A stretch of DNA of 64,000 nucleotides from a bacterium (GTDB lineage Bacteria; Spirochaetota; Spirochaetia; Treponematales; UBA12059), in NCBI GenBank assembly GCA_035530295.1, contig DATKVB010000009.1, positions 13,587 to 77,586 of the forward strand. The letters are read 5' to 3'. The first letter of the stretch is position 1, and each line of letters begins with the position of its first letter. Below the pieces are notes generated by a model that was given only the letters and a program-made list of their open reading frames with translations, ran no database searches and had not been told where the DNA came from. Below are positions 46,719-54,621 of this stretch, piece by piece. The position numbers and the translations under genes were made by a program.

Positions 46719-46834
46719 TAGTTCCTCGAAGCTTGTTGCTGGTACCAGTAACCACAATAAATGGTATGGTCCGATAGTCGAAGAGTACCTCGGGTAGTAT
46801 CTTCCTTGGGTAAAGCACAAGCTTCGATGAACTA
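46719..46834. repeat. 116-bp element with about 20-bp inverted termini (copy B)
   Basis: Termini are TAGTTCCTCGAAGCTTGTTG (46719-46738) and GCACAAGCTTCGATGAACTA (46815-46834). It shares the subterminal GGTAGTATC with copy A, 41 nt from the right end in both copies. Confidence 0.7.
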
Positions 46835-46849
46835 GTCATGGATACGGAA

Positions 46850-47128
46850 TCAGCTCACTCCGCCCACGGAGCCGGACATCTGCATATGATAAATCCATGC
46901 CTGGCCTTGGCGGCTCTTTCTGGACCCGCGTTCGCCCGCGCCCACCTCGTCGGGCGTCTTCATCACCTCACTTACGGCATCATTCGAAAGCCTGTCATGA
47001 TAGTAGCCGCAATTTGCACATCCCCTCCTGATCACGAAGGGGGGGCAATTCCCAGTGTCGCCAGGGGGCAGTCTCTCGTGTCGCCTGACGTTCTCATACA
47101 AAAGACCATCAGTCCCCCAGAATGACAT
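46850..47128 (-). CDS. hypothetical small Cys-containing protein
   Basis: ORF MSFWGTDGLLYEN...CPPFVIRRGCANCGYYH with G/C-biased third codon positions, a weak RBS and no recognised motif. An overlapping plus-strand ORF (46838-47125) is an alternative. Confidence 0.3.
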   Translation of the reverse strand: MSFWGTDGLLYENVRRHERLPPGDTGNCPPFVIRRGCANCGYYHDRLSNDAVSEVMKTPDEVGAGERGSRKSRQGQAWIYHMQMSGSVGGVS

Positions 47129-47157
47129 CTCGTAGCATCCTATCTGCATAATCGCTA

Positions 47158-47186
47158 TTGACCCGCACGCTACTACGTGATACATT
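47158..47186 (+). promoter_or_regulatory. sigma-70-like promoter candidate for the padR operon
   Basis: TTGACC, a 17-nt spacer, then TACATT. It is flanked by TACTAC / GTAGTA inverted and direct repeats (47171-47206) that could be a PadR operator. Confidence 0.45.
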
Positions 47187-47241
47187 ATAGCTGTAGTAAG
47201 TAGTACAGCATACAAGTTATACAGAATAGCAGGAGATGATC

Positions 47242-47571
47242 ATGCAGGAAAACCTGACAGAAATGCTCAAAGGCGTACTTGAGGGCTGTGTACTCGAAAT
47301 AATTAGTCGGAAAGAAACCTACGGCTACGAAATCACGCGGCGGCTGAACGCCCTCGGCTTCTCCGATGTTGTTGATGGAACGGTGTACACCATCCTGATC
47401 CGGCTCGAAAGGAACAAGCTGGTAGAGGCCACGAAAAAGCTATCCGACATAGGACCGCCGCGCAAGTTTTTCGCGCTCAATGACGCGGGCCGTAAGGAGC
47501 TCGATAAGTTCTGGGGGAAATGGGATTTTGTTTCGTCACGAATCAAAGAGTTGAGGGAGGAGAGAGAATGA
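47242..47571 (+). CDS. PadR-family transcriptional regulator
   Basis: Contains LKGVLEGCVLEIISRKETYGYEITRRL and TVYTILIRLERNKLV. ATG at 47242 lies 6 nt after AGGAG. Confidence 0.85.
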   Translation: MQENLTEMLKGVLEGCVLEIISRKETYGYEITRRLNALGFSDVVDGTVYTILIRLERNKLVEATKKLSDIGPPRKFFALNDAGRKELDKFWGKWDFVSSRIKELREERE

Positions 47572-47915
47572 ACTTCTGGGAAAAGATCACAGGGAGCGAC
47601 ATGAAAAGGGAATTGAAATCTCTTGAGTTGCGAGCCCGGAAGCTGCCGGTTGATTATCAGGCGGCATGGGGAAAAATCGAAGGCAATCTTTGGCCGCATT
47701 CGGATCTTAGCGGTCGCAATCTCATGCCAATTCTTGACGGTGTGATTGGACTGCTCGAAGAAGCGGCCGGGGATGGTCAGAGTATCCGGGAAGTCCTGGG
47801 CGACGATATCAAGGGATTTTGTTCAGCATTAATCGGCGAAGAAGGTGCGATGTCTTTTCGCGACAAGTGGCGCAACCAGCTGAACAACAACATTGCCAAG
47901 AAGCTAGATATCTAG
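47568..47915 (+). CDS. DUF1048-family protein
   Basis: ATGA overlap with padR. The pattern KRELKSLELRARKLPVDYQAAWGKIEGNLW matches my recollection of DUF1048, a family commonly found next to PadR. Confidence 0.65.
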   Translation: MNFWEKITGSDMKRELKSLELRARKLPVDYQAAWGKIEGNLWPHSDLSGRNLMPILDGVIGLLEEAAGDGQSIREVLGDDIKGFCSALIGEEGAMSFRDKWRNQLNNNIAKKLDI

Positions 47916-47924
47916 GAGGATGCA

Positions 47925-48275
47925 ATGAGAATACGAGATATCATCGAAGGAAAAAGAGAGTGGCGAGCGCATATGGCGCGTGTCAAAGCACTCCCGCACG
48001 ATTATCTGATTGTTTATAAGGAGATTCAACAATATCTCTTTAAGGTCGGCCCTGTAGAGCTAACCGAGGGGATTGGCTTGCTCTCGGGGGTTGTCGATCT
48101 TCTTGAACAAGGCGTAGCTTCGGAGAAAGATGTGCTCGAAGTGACGGGCCGTGATGTAGCGGGCTTCTGCGACGATCTGATCAAAGATTCGAAAACTTAC
48201 GCTGACATCTATCAAGAGTCTGTTGATCAAGAGACCAACAAGGCTGTGAAAAAGGTTGCGGACAGAATAAAGTAA
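47925..48275 (+). CDS. DUF1048-family protein (paralog)
   Basis: Contains KREWRAHMARVKALPHDYLIVYKEIQQYLF and is a paralog of the preceding gene. Confidence 0.65.
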   Translation: MRIRDIIEGKREWRAHMARVKALPHDYLIVYKEIQQYLFKVGPVELTEGIGLLSGVVDLLEQGVASEKDVLEVTGRDVAGFCDDLIKDSKTYADIYQESVDQETNKAVKKVADRIK

Positions 48276-48386
48276 AAGCGGATATTGGGATGGATAAGGA
48301 CTCCAAGTGAAACGGCTTCAAGAGTCCTACAAGATGCTTCATGGTCTGAATGGTGTCCACGGTCATGGTGGGGATGGGATGCCGAG

Positions 48387-48461
48387 GCTAGACCCGCCGG
48401 TTCGGACGGAGCCTACGGTTTGCGCTTGGTCCGCGTAGAATACCCTGCCGAAGATTTTTTC
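48387..48461 (+). pseudogene. remnant of a truA 3' end
   Basis: Translates to ARPAGSDGAYGLRLVRVEYPAEDFF, compared with the TruA C-terminus SAAPGALGAYGLRLVKVEYREEDFI. The DNA has diverged mostly at synonymous positions. Confidence 0.5.
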
Positions 48462-49366
48462 GACCCGCCTGCCGGTTTCTTGCCCCGGGCCGTTGGACCG
48501 CCTCCTGGCCAGGCGCGCGAGGCGTGCTTTGGCGCGGACTCGGGCGCAGGCCGCCCGGAAGGTGCGCGGGTACCGCGTGTGCCGCTGGATCCACGGGGAC
48601 CACGTGAGTCGCGCGGCGCGCCGCCGGCCCGTGGGCTGCGACCCCGGTCCTGATCGGCGGAGCCTTTGAGCGCGGCCCTGAACATGGCAGGCGGCGGGCA
48701 CTCAAGGCGTAGCGGCTCGCTGCTCGATGGCCGCTTCAGCGATATGACAGCGGCGTGCAGCCCCAGGCGGCCGATCGGGTCTCGCCTGGCGCCGTAGCGT
48801 TCATCACCGGCCACAGGGCAGCCGGCACCAGCCAACTGGGCGCGTATCTGGTGCCGTCGGCCTGTCTCCAGTGTCAGCTCGACCAGTGACAGGCCGTCGC
48901 CCTCGGCTACCACGCGGTAGCGCGTTATGGCTCGCAACGAGCCCTTGGTCCCGGCGGGCACCTCCCGTACCAGGAACGGGTCAGTCTCTGACAGCCAGGT
49001 GTCCAGTATGCCTTCCGCCGATGGCAGTCTGCCTTCAACAAGGGCGATGTATAGGCGCTCGTCCACTGATTCATTCCATGTGGACATCAGAGCCGTTTTA
49101 GCCGCGGCATTCTTGGCAAAGACGATGACGCCCGAGGTATCACGGTCCAGGCGGTGGACGACGGCGGCGCGGCCCTTGGGGTTGTGCCTGCGTATGTGGT
49201 CGGTAATCACGTCGTACAGGCTGCGTGTCCTGGAGCCTTCAGGCGCTATTGTCGGCATGCCGCATGGCTTGTCCACGGCTATGATGTCGTCATCCTCGTA
49301 GAGGAAGGTGATGATGAACTTGCCGGAACGCACCGTCGACGGGGATCTGCCACGGGGGCCGCTCAC
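48413..49366 (-). CDS. RluA-family pseudouridine synthase with basic disordered C-terminal tail
   Basis: Contains IIAVDKPCGMPT and the catalytic HRLDRDTSGVIVFA. The last roughly 83 aa are rich in R, G, P, S and K. Confidence 0.85.
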   Translation of the reverse strand: MSGPRGRSPSTVRSGKFIITFLYEDDDIIAVDKPCGMPTIAPEGSRTRSLYDVITDHIRRHNPKGRAAVVHRLDRDTSGVIVFAKNAAAKTALMSTWNESVDERLYIALVEGRLPSAEGILDTWLSETDPFLVREVPAGTKGSLRAITRYRVVAEGDGLSLVELTLETGRRHQIRAQLAGAGCPVAGDERYGARRDPIGRLGLHAAVISLKRPSSSEPLRLECPPPAMFRAALKGSADQDRGRSPRAGGAPRDSRGPRGSSGTRGTRAPSGRPAPESAPKHASRAWPGGGPTARGKKPAGGSKKSSAGYSTRTKRKP

Positions 49367-49653
49367 AGGACGGCTTTGACGCCGGGCAGCTGCCCTATGG
49401 CCTGGTATGTCGCGTACAGGCTCTCTTTGTCCTGAAATACGACCTTGCAGGCCAGCCTGCCATACTTCTCGCCGGTGGCTGGAAGTGATCTGACTGACTC
49501 CAGCGCCACGCCGCGCTCCGTCAACAGGGCGTCCAGATCGACCTGCAGGGTCGCTCCGGCGTCGCGCGCATAGATGACGCGCAGTTCGAACTCCACCGGG
49601 TATTCTATGCCTTCGACACCGGAAGGTTCTATGGAAACGGTCTCATCAGCCAT
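49363..49653 (-). CDS. DUF493 (YbeD-like) family protein
   Basis: 96-aa ORF with the YbeD-like pattern YPVEFELRVI ... GEKYGRLACKVVF ... VKAVL. 4-nt overlaps link it to both neighbouring genes. Confidence 0.55.
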   Translation of the reverse strand: MADETVSIEPSGVEGIEYPVEFELRVIYARDAGATLQVDLDALLTERGVALESVRSLPATGEKYGRLACKVVFQDKESLYATYQAIGQLPGVKAVL

Positions 49654-51190
49654 TGTTGCCTCGCTCCGTCCGCTGCCGGGATTGCTGTCGATCGCGCAGC
49701 GGCGAACGCCTGGAAGCGGTTTCTTGATATGAAAGGATGTCCTGCTCCACAGAGCTTCTATACGACAGCAGCTCGAGCAGGATGGGTTTGTCTTCGGCCG
49801 CGGTGTCCAGGTTTGACAGCAACGATTCGACTGTCTTGGAGAAACCGGCTAGATCGGTGGCGCCTTCTATACGCGGACACAAGAGACGGCTGGCGCAGAA
49901 CGATCGCCAGCGGGCCAGTTCCGGCGCGGACAGGGTCTGCGGCCAGTTTCTGGCAAAGAGCCGCCTCACGAGCTGGGGCAGTCGCTCGTCCAGGAACGGC
50001 ATGGCATAGGCGTGGGGTCGCGCCTCCGCCGGGCCCAGTGTCGCTATCGATTCATGGACTGCCGCCATCGCGTCCTTGTCCTCGTCGCGGAAAAACCCGC
50101 CGGAGTATATCCGATATTCGGGGTCGGGCTCCACCGCGTCCGGCGGAGGCGGAGCAAAGACCGCCTGCAGTTTCTGTATCAGCTCGGGTTCGCGTTCCAG
50201 GCTCCGCGCCCGCTGCGTGGCAAGTTCCGGATCGAGGCCGAGCCTGTCGGCGGCCTTGGCGTCCATGGTCGAAAGCGGCGCCAGGAATGGACAGCGTCCA
50301 AGCCTGATGTCGATGAGCGGTATGCGTTCGCCGTCGTCAAGCTCGGCCTTGCGGGAGAACACGCGGCGGCGAATCTCGTCGACCGGCAGGTCGAGGAGGG
50401 GCGAGGGGTCATAGCGGAGGTCTATCGCGACGAGGCCATCGCGCCTGCCCGGTACCATGCCCACCGGCGCCACAATGGTCGTGCAGCCGCGAGCGCTGGT
50501 GTACTGGGCCGCGGTATGCACGAGTGGCTCCCGGTTGGCGAGGTTGACGAGTGGCCTGAGCGAGTCGCGCGTCCTGTGTTTCCAGTACCAGTCATAGAGC
50601 CGAGGCTGCACCTGTCGAACCAGCCTGGCCAGGCCTACGGTCGCCGCTATGTCATGGAAGGCGTCGTGCGCCGATTCAAGCGCAATGTCATTGGCCGCAG
50701 CCAGGCTGCCCAGCCTGAAGTCGGGCTTGCCATCCTGCCCGTCAGGCCACGACAGGTCGTCGGGACGCAGGTCCCTCATGGCGCGAAACAGATCGATTAC
50801 GTCCCAGCGGGTATTGCCATCGGCCCATTCGCGTTCGTACGGATCGAACAGGTTGCGGTACAGCATATTGCGTATGAACTCGTCGTCAAAGCGGATGGAG
50901 TTGTATCCGGCCACGCAGGTGCCCGGAGCCAGCATCTCGTTTCTGATGGCTTTCGCAAACTCGTATTCGGGCAGACCCTTCTCAATCGTCTCGGCGGGCG
51001 TTATGCCGTGAACGAGGCATGAATAGGGGCTGGGTAGGTAGTCAGCGGTTATCTTGCTGTACAGTACGACACGATCGGCTACAGGTTCCAGGTTCTCGTC
51101 GGTTCTGAGACCGGCAAACTGGGCTATTCTGTCGTGCCGTGGATCGAGGCCAAATGTTTCAAGATCGTACCAGAGTATGCTCGAGCCCAT
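49646..51190 (-). CDS. sbcB: exodeoxyribonuclease I
   Basis: Start MGSSILWYDLETFGLDPRHDRIAQFAGLRTD at 51190 and colinear with E. coli SbcB (YNSIRFDDEFIRN, AHDAFHD). Confidence 0.85.
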   Translation of the reverse strand: MGSSILWYDLETFGLDPRHDRIAQFAGLRTDENLEPVADRVVLYSKITADYLPSPYSCLVHGITPAETIEKGLPEYEFAKAIRNEMLAPGTCVAGYNSIRFDDEFIRNMLYRNLFDPYEREWADGNTRWDVIDLFRAMRDLRPDDLSWPDGQDGKPDFRLGSLAAANDIALESAHDAFHDIAATVGLARLVRQVQPRLYDWYWKHRTRDSLRPLVNLANREPLVHTAAQYTSARGCTTIVAPVGMVPGRRDGLVAIDLRYDPSPLLDLPVDEIRRRVFSRKAELDDGERIPLIDIRLGRCPFLAPLSTMDAKAADRLGLDPELATQRARSLEREPELIQKLQAVFAPPPPDAVEPDPEYRIYSGGFFRDEDKDAMAAVHESIATLGPAEARPHAYAMPFLDERLPQLVRRLFARNWPQTLSAPELARWRSFCASRLLCPRIEGATDLAGFSKTVESLLSNLDTAAEDKPILLELLSYRSSVEQDILSYQETASRRSPLRDRQQSRQRTERGNNG

Positions 51191-51234
51191 TGTGTCAGTA
51201 TACTCCGCGTGTGGCCCGAGCGTGAAGTGATGCC

Positions 51235-51277
51235 TTGACACTAGCCTGTCGTATCGATAATCGTTATCGTTACGATT
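51235..51277 (+). promoter_or_regulatory. promoter-like elements plus Fur-box-like operator upstream of the fur-family gene
   Basis: TTGACA (51235-51240) and GATAAT (51256-51261) are separated by a 15-nt spacer. They are overlapped by GATAATCGTTATCGTTACGATT, which contains the inverted repeat AATCGT-N7-ACGATT (51259-51277). Confidence 0.35.
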
Positions 51278-51300
51278 GCCCGCTGGCTGCGGTGGAGGTT

Positions 51301-51738
51301 GTGGTGAACGACGATGAACGCGCGGCTCTTGAGCGATACCTGAAGGCGCGCGGACTCAAGATGACACACGCCAGGAGAACCGTTCTTGAGGCCTTTCTGG
51401 GACTCGAGTCACATGTCAGCGCCGAGGCGGTGTTCGAGGCGGCCAGGCTCATCGATCCTGGCATCGGTCAGGCCACCGTATTCCGCACCATCAAGCTGCT
51501 GTCAGACGCGGGCTTGGCCAGGGAAGCCAGCCGTGACGACGCGGCACGGCTGTACGAGCATGCCTTCAACCACGCCCACCACGACCACCTGACATGCGTG
51601 CGCTGTGGAGCTGTCGTGGAGTTTATCGACGCGGACATAGAGCGCGCGCAGGATGGTGTCTACAGGCGCTTCGGCTTCGTGTCGAGCGGGCATCGGCTTG
51701 AGCTGTACGGCCTGTGTCCCGACTGCCAGAAATCATGA
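51301..51738 (+). CDS. Fur-family metalloregulator
   Basis: Contains HARRTVLEAF, ATVFRTIKLL, HHDHLTCVRCG and the C-terminal CPDC. GTG start at 51301 or 51304 after GGTGGAGG; the exact start is uncertain. Confidence 0.75.
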   Translation: MVNDDERAALERYLKARGLKMTHARRTVLEAFLGLESHVSAEAVFEAARLIDPGIGQATVFRTIKLLSDAGLAREASRDDAARLYEHAFNHAHHDHLTCVRCGAVVEFIDADIERAQDGVYRRFGFVSSGHRLELYGLCPDCQKS

Positions 51739-51751
51739 GTGGCTCAAGCGA

Positions 51752-52501
51752 CTAGCGATCCCCCGCGTCCACATGAAATCGTCCCCGCCCTTGCCTTCTC
51801 GCCTCGATGATGGCCGCTCGGGCTCGCTTCAGGATTTCTGGCCCTTCGCTGGGTTTGCCGACGGCCGCGCCGACCGCTCCACCTATCCATATCGTCTGCG
51901 AGTCTAGCTCGACCGGCCTGCACAGCGTCTCGACGAGCTGGCCGGAGCGCTCCTCCGCCGTCTCAAGCGCCCTGGCGGGCACAACCGTCGCTATGGCGGC
52001 AAAATCATCATCGCCGGTACGCGCGGCTATGCCGTCGGAGCCGGCGAATGTCGAGACACGCTTGGCAACCTCGACCAGCACCGTATCCGACACCGATTTG
52101 CCGTATCGTCGCTCTATCTCGTCGAAGTTGTCGAGGTCGGCGCTCATAACAATGATGCTCTTGCCTTCCTGCGCAATCAGGCCAGCTTTCTCGGCCAGCC
52201 ACGCGGCCAGGCCGTTTGCATTGGCAAGTCCGGTCAGCTCGTCGATCCTGTCAGATGGTATGGGTTCATCACTCGACCTGGCTGCCGACAAGACGGGCGC
52301 GGCCGCCACCGACAGGCTCAGCCGCCCTATCCGCATGAGCAGAGCCGCAAGCCCTCCCGCGACAACGATTCCGCCCAAGGCACCCGGAGCTCCGCCAATT
52401 GCCGCGCCGACCGCTCCAATCAGGGCCGATGCGGATGCGACCAGGGCCGCCATCATGATGGCCCCGGAGTAACCCGAAATGCTTGATCTTTGTGTGCTCA
52501 T
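51752..52501 (-). CDS. membrane-anchored GGDEF-domain protein with degenerate active site
   Basis: N-terminal TM helices and the block DELTGLANANGL. The signature reads RTGDDDF where RxGG(D/E)EF is expected. Confidence 0.7.
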   Translation of the reverse strand: MSTQRSSISGYSGAIMMAALVASASALIGAVGAAIGGAPGALGGIVVAGGLAALLMRIGRLSLSVAAAPVLSAARSSDEPIPSDRIDELTGLANANGLAAWLAEKAGLIAQEGKSIIVMSADLDNFDEIERRYGKSVSDTVLVEVAKRVSTFAGSDGIAARTGDDDFAAIATVVPARALETAEERSGQLVETLCRPVELDSQTIWIGGAVGAAVGKPSEGPEILKRARAAIIEARRQGRGRFHVDAGDR

Positions 52502-52604
52502 ACCATTGTATCGGCTGTCGCATACATGGAAATAACAGGACTATGTGCCGATTGCGCCGCGAGCGGGCGAAAGGCAGTTGCACATACTGTCATAACGGGC
52601 GAAA

Positions 52605-53594
52605 ATGGCAAGCATGGAGCAAACATACAGAGCGCTCATACCCGATGCCATTCCTGTCGATAAGGGAAATGAGAAAGTGGGTATGGCTTCAAAAACAGGT
52701 TTCGCAGTTTCAGATTCGGATAGACGTCTCATCCGTGACAACGCGCACTACATCCGTGAGGCGCTGTTCTCGTGTATTACCGATACGCAGGTGGAATGCT
52801 CCGTCGCCTTTGCCCGGTACCTGGCGCGAGCTGGGTTGAACGCCGAGAACTACTGGCTGTTCCTGCGGCTCGTCATGACAAACAATCCGTGGGTGCTTGA
52901 CGAGCTGATGCACGAGCGAGAACCGCGCCTGCTGTTCTCGACCATTCTGCCCACAGAGGAACTCGTCGAGACCGCCTTCCAGGCTCTGTTCTCAAGGCAT
53001 CCAGACGAAATATACCCCAAGGCTCTCGAGGCTCTGCTTGGCATAGTCGAGAACGCCTACTTCGACCCTGATGATGGATACCGCCTCCGCAAGCTGTCGA
53101 TCATGGACATCAACGCACTGGGCAAGTTCCTCCGCAAGGACGAGCCCCAGGAACATCCCGTCAACCGCCTTATCCTTGAGATTCTTGACAAGCTGACCGG
53201 TCTTGGGGAGTACTTCCAGGAGCCTGACAAGAGCGTGTTGTCCAAGCATGCCTTCAATGTCCGGTTTGCCTATTTCGACAGGGCCAGGAACATGGTCGAC
53301 GCGATACCGCATCCGTTGCTGGTTCGGTTCGCCGACCGCAGTTCGGCCGACCCCGAATCGGACTATGCCGACCTGATAACCAAGCGGCGCGCGCGCAGGC
53401 GTGACGAACGCGGTCGCTTCATACGTGAATCGCAGCCGGATGCCGAGCCGACCATAGTTGCGCCAACAGCAGTTGAGCCAACCTTGGCCAAGGCACCAGT
53501 GATTGAGCGAGCGATAGTCGAGACCGCAGCAGTTGGGCCGCCGCCAGTTGAGCCGCAAGCGGCTCCCAAGCGAAAGAGAAAGAAGACGAGCTGA
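52605..53594 (+). CDS. unknown-family protein, paralog 1 of 4 (with Pro/Val/Glu-rich, basic C-terminal tail)
   Basis: Shares NYWLFLRL, IYPKAL, DGYRL, DINALGKFL, NRLILEILDKL and IPHPLLV with the ORFs at 55639, 56359 and 57142. An alternative start at 52683 would give paralog-like N-terminal spacing. Confidence 0.7.
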   Translation: MASMEQTYRALIPDAIPVDKGNEKVGMASKTGFAVSDSDRRLIRDNAHYIREALFSCITDTQVECSVAFARYLARAGLNAENYWLFLRLVMTNNPWVLDELMHEREPRLLFSTILPTEELVETAFQALFSRHPDEIYPKALEALLGIVENAYFDPDDGYRLRKLSIMDINALGKFLRKDEPQEHPVNRLILEILDKLTGLGEYFQEPDKSVLSKHAFNVRFAYFDRARNMVDAIPHPLLVRFADRSSADPESDYADLITKRRARRRDERGRFIRESQPDAEPTIVAPTAVEPTLAKAPVIERAIVETAAVGPPPVEPQAAPKRKRKKTS

Positions 53595-53649
53595 TTCCGG
53601 CCACAAAACATGAATGTCCGCATCGTGTCGAGCCGCAAGGAGGGTCCTC

Positions 53650-54621
53650 ATGGCGAGGAAGACTGACACCAGTATCATTCGGGCCCGGGAAAAGCCTGTG
53701 GACCCAGCGTCCATACCGCCCCACTCCGATGTCCTGCTGGTAGAGCGGGCGATAGACATAATAAAGGACGACGCCTGCAGGCCCCACGATTCGCGCGGGC
53801 AGCCGGGTGGACTCCTGTACCTGCCGGATGGGCTGCGGCCCATCATCGTGGGCGATCTGCATGCGTGCGTTGACCATCTCGGCAATATTCTTGATCACGA
53901 CAACAACAGGCGCGATATGGACGAGGGCCGCGCCTACCTGCTCTTCGTTGGCGACATTCTGCATGACGACCGTGTCGGCTACATGCGCGAGACTGCCAAC
54001 TCCATCCAGATACTCAACCAGGTGCTTACGCTGGTAGCCACCTGGCCAGGCAGGGTATTCTATATCCGTGGCAACCATGATACCTTCGACGAGCGCCTGA
54101 GGAAATCGGGCGTTGCCCAGGGAGCCGAATTCAAGAAGGCCCTTATCCAGATTACTGGCCAGGCCTTTACTGACGCGGTTGCCCGCTGGTTCGAGGCGCT
54201 GCCATATTTTGCCATCGGCGATAGCTTCGTCATCGTTCATGCGGGCCCTATACGGGGTGGCTGCACGCGGGAGGAAATCATAGACATCTGGAGGCGTCCC
54301 GACTACGCGATGCAATTCATGTGGAACCGCGTCAACGAGTTCCATGGCAACCCCAGCCCCAAGGAATATGGCGAGACCGATATCAGGATGACACTCGAGT
54401 CGCTTGGATTGCCGCCCTTGACCCACTTTATCGTCGGTCACAACCCACTCTGGAACGATGGTGGAACGACTGGCTTGTGGGAAAACGTGATTGGCATAAA
54501 GAATCACCACATCATCTATTCCGGTTCCGGGAGCAAGGCCCCCTACTATACGCTGGAAGGCGGGTTGCTCAAGGCCAAATTTTCCAAACCAGAGCGAGCG
54601 GAGGTGTATTACTATGGATGA
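53650..54621 (+). CDS. PPP-type metallophosphoesterase (Ser/Thr phosphatase-like)
   Basis: ATG at 53650 after AAGGAGGG. Ordered motifs are GDLHAC, GDILHD, GNHD, VHAG and GHNP. Confidence 0.8.
   Translation: MARKTDTSIIRAREKPVDPASIPPHSDVLLVERAIDIIKDDACRPHDSRGQPGGLLYLPDGLRPIIVGDLHACVDHLGNILDHDNNRRDMDEGRAYLLFVGDILHDDRVGYMRETANSIQILNQVLTLVATWPGRVFYIRGNHDTFDERLRKSGVAQGAEFKKALIQITGQAFTDAVARWFEALPYFAIGDSFVIVHAGPIRGGCTREEIIDIWRRPDYAMQFMWNRVNEFHGNPSPKEYGETDIRMTLESLGLPPLTHFIVGHNPLWNDGGTTGLWENVIGIKNHHIIYSGSGSKAPYYTLEGGLLKAKFSKPERAEVYYYG

Larger units (their letters stand above)
46684..48386. mobile_element. putative horizontally acquired islet inserted at the truA 3' end (no recombinase present)
   Basis: Lower-G+C segment bounded on the left by the functional truA end and an inverted-repeat element, and on the right by a diverged second copy of the truA C-terminal coding segment. 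It carries PadR and two DUF1048 genes. Confidence 0.45.

Noticed and set aside
46033-46839. 268-aa minus-strand ORF antisense to truA
   Set aside because: truA is unambiguous on the plus strand, and the antisense ORF has no motif.
46838-47125. 95-aa plus-strand ORF starting right after repeat copy B
   Set aside because: It has no RBS and no motif, and it fully overlaps the minus-strand ORF 46850-47128, which shows G/C-biased third codon positions. Neither ORF is certain, and only the minus-strand one is listed, at low confidence.
48291-48320. Hairpin GGACTC...GAGTCC after the second DUF1048 gene as a terminator
   Set aside because: The stem is interrupted and no U-tract follows, so the evidence is too weak to annotate.
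48285-48653. 122-aa plus-strand ORF downstream of the DUF1048 genes
   Set aside because: Only the roughly 25-codon truA-like segment (48387-48461) is meaningful. The rest is Arg/Pro/Gly-rich sequence mirroring the tail of the RluA-family gene on the other strand. I treated it as a gene remnant, not a live gene.
50012-51022. 336-aa plus-strand ORF antisense to sbcB
   Set aside because: The opposite strand encodes a protein colinear with E. coli exonuclease I. The antisense translation is Arg/Gly/Ala-rich with no recognisable domain.
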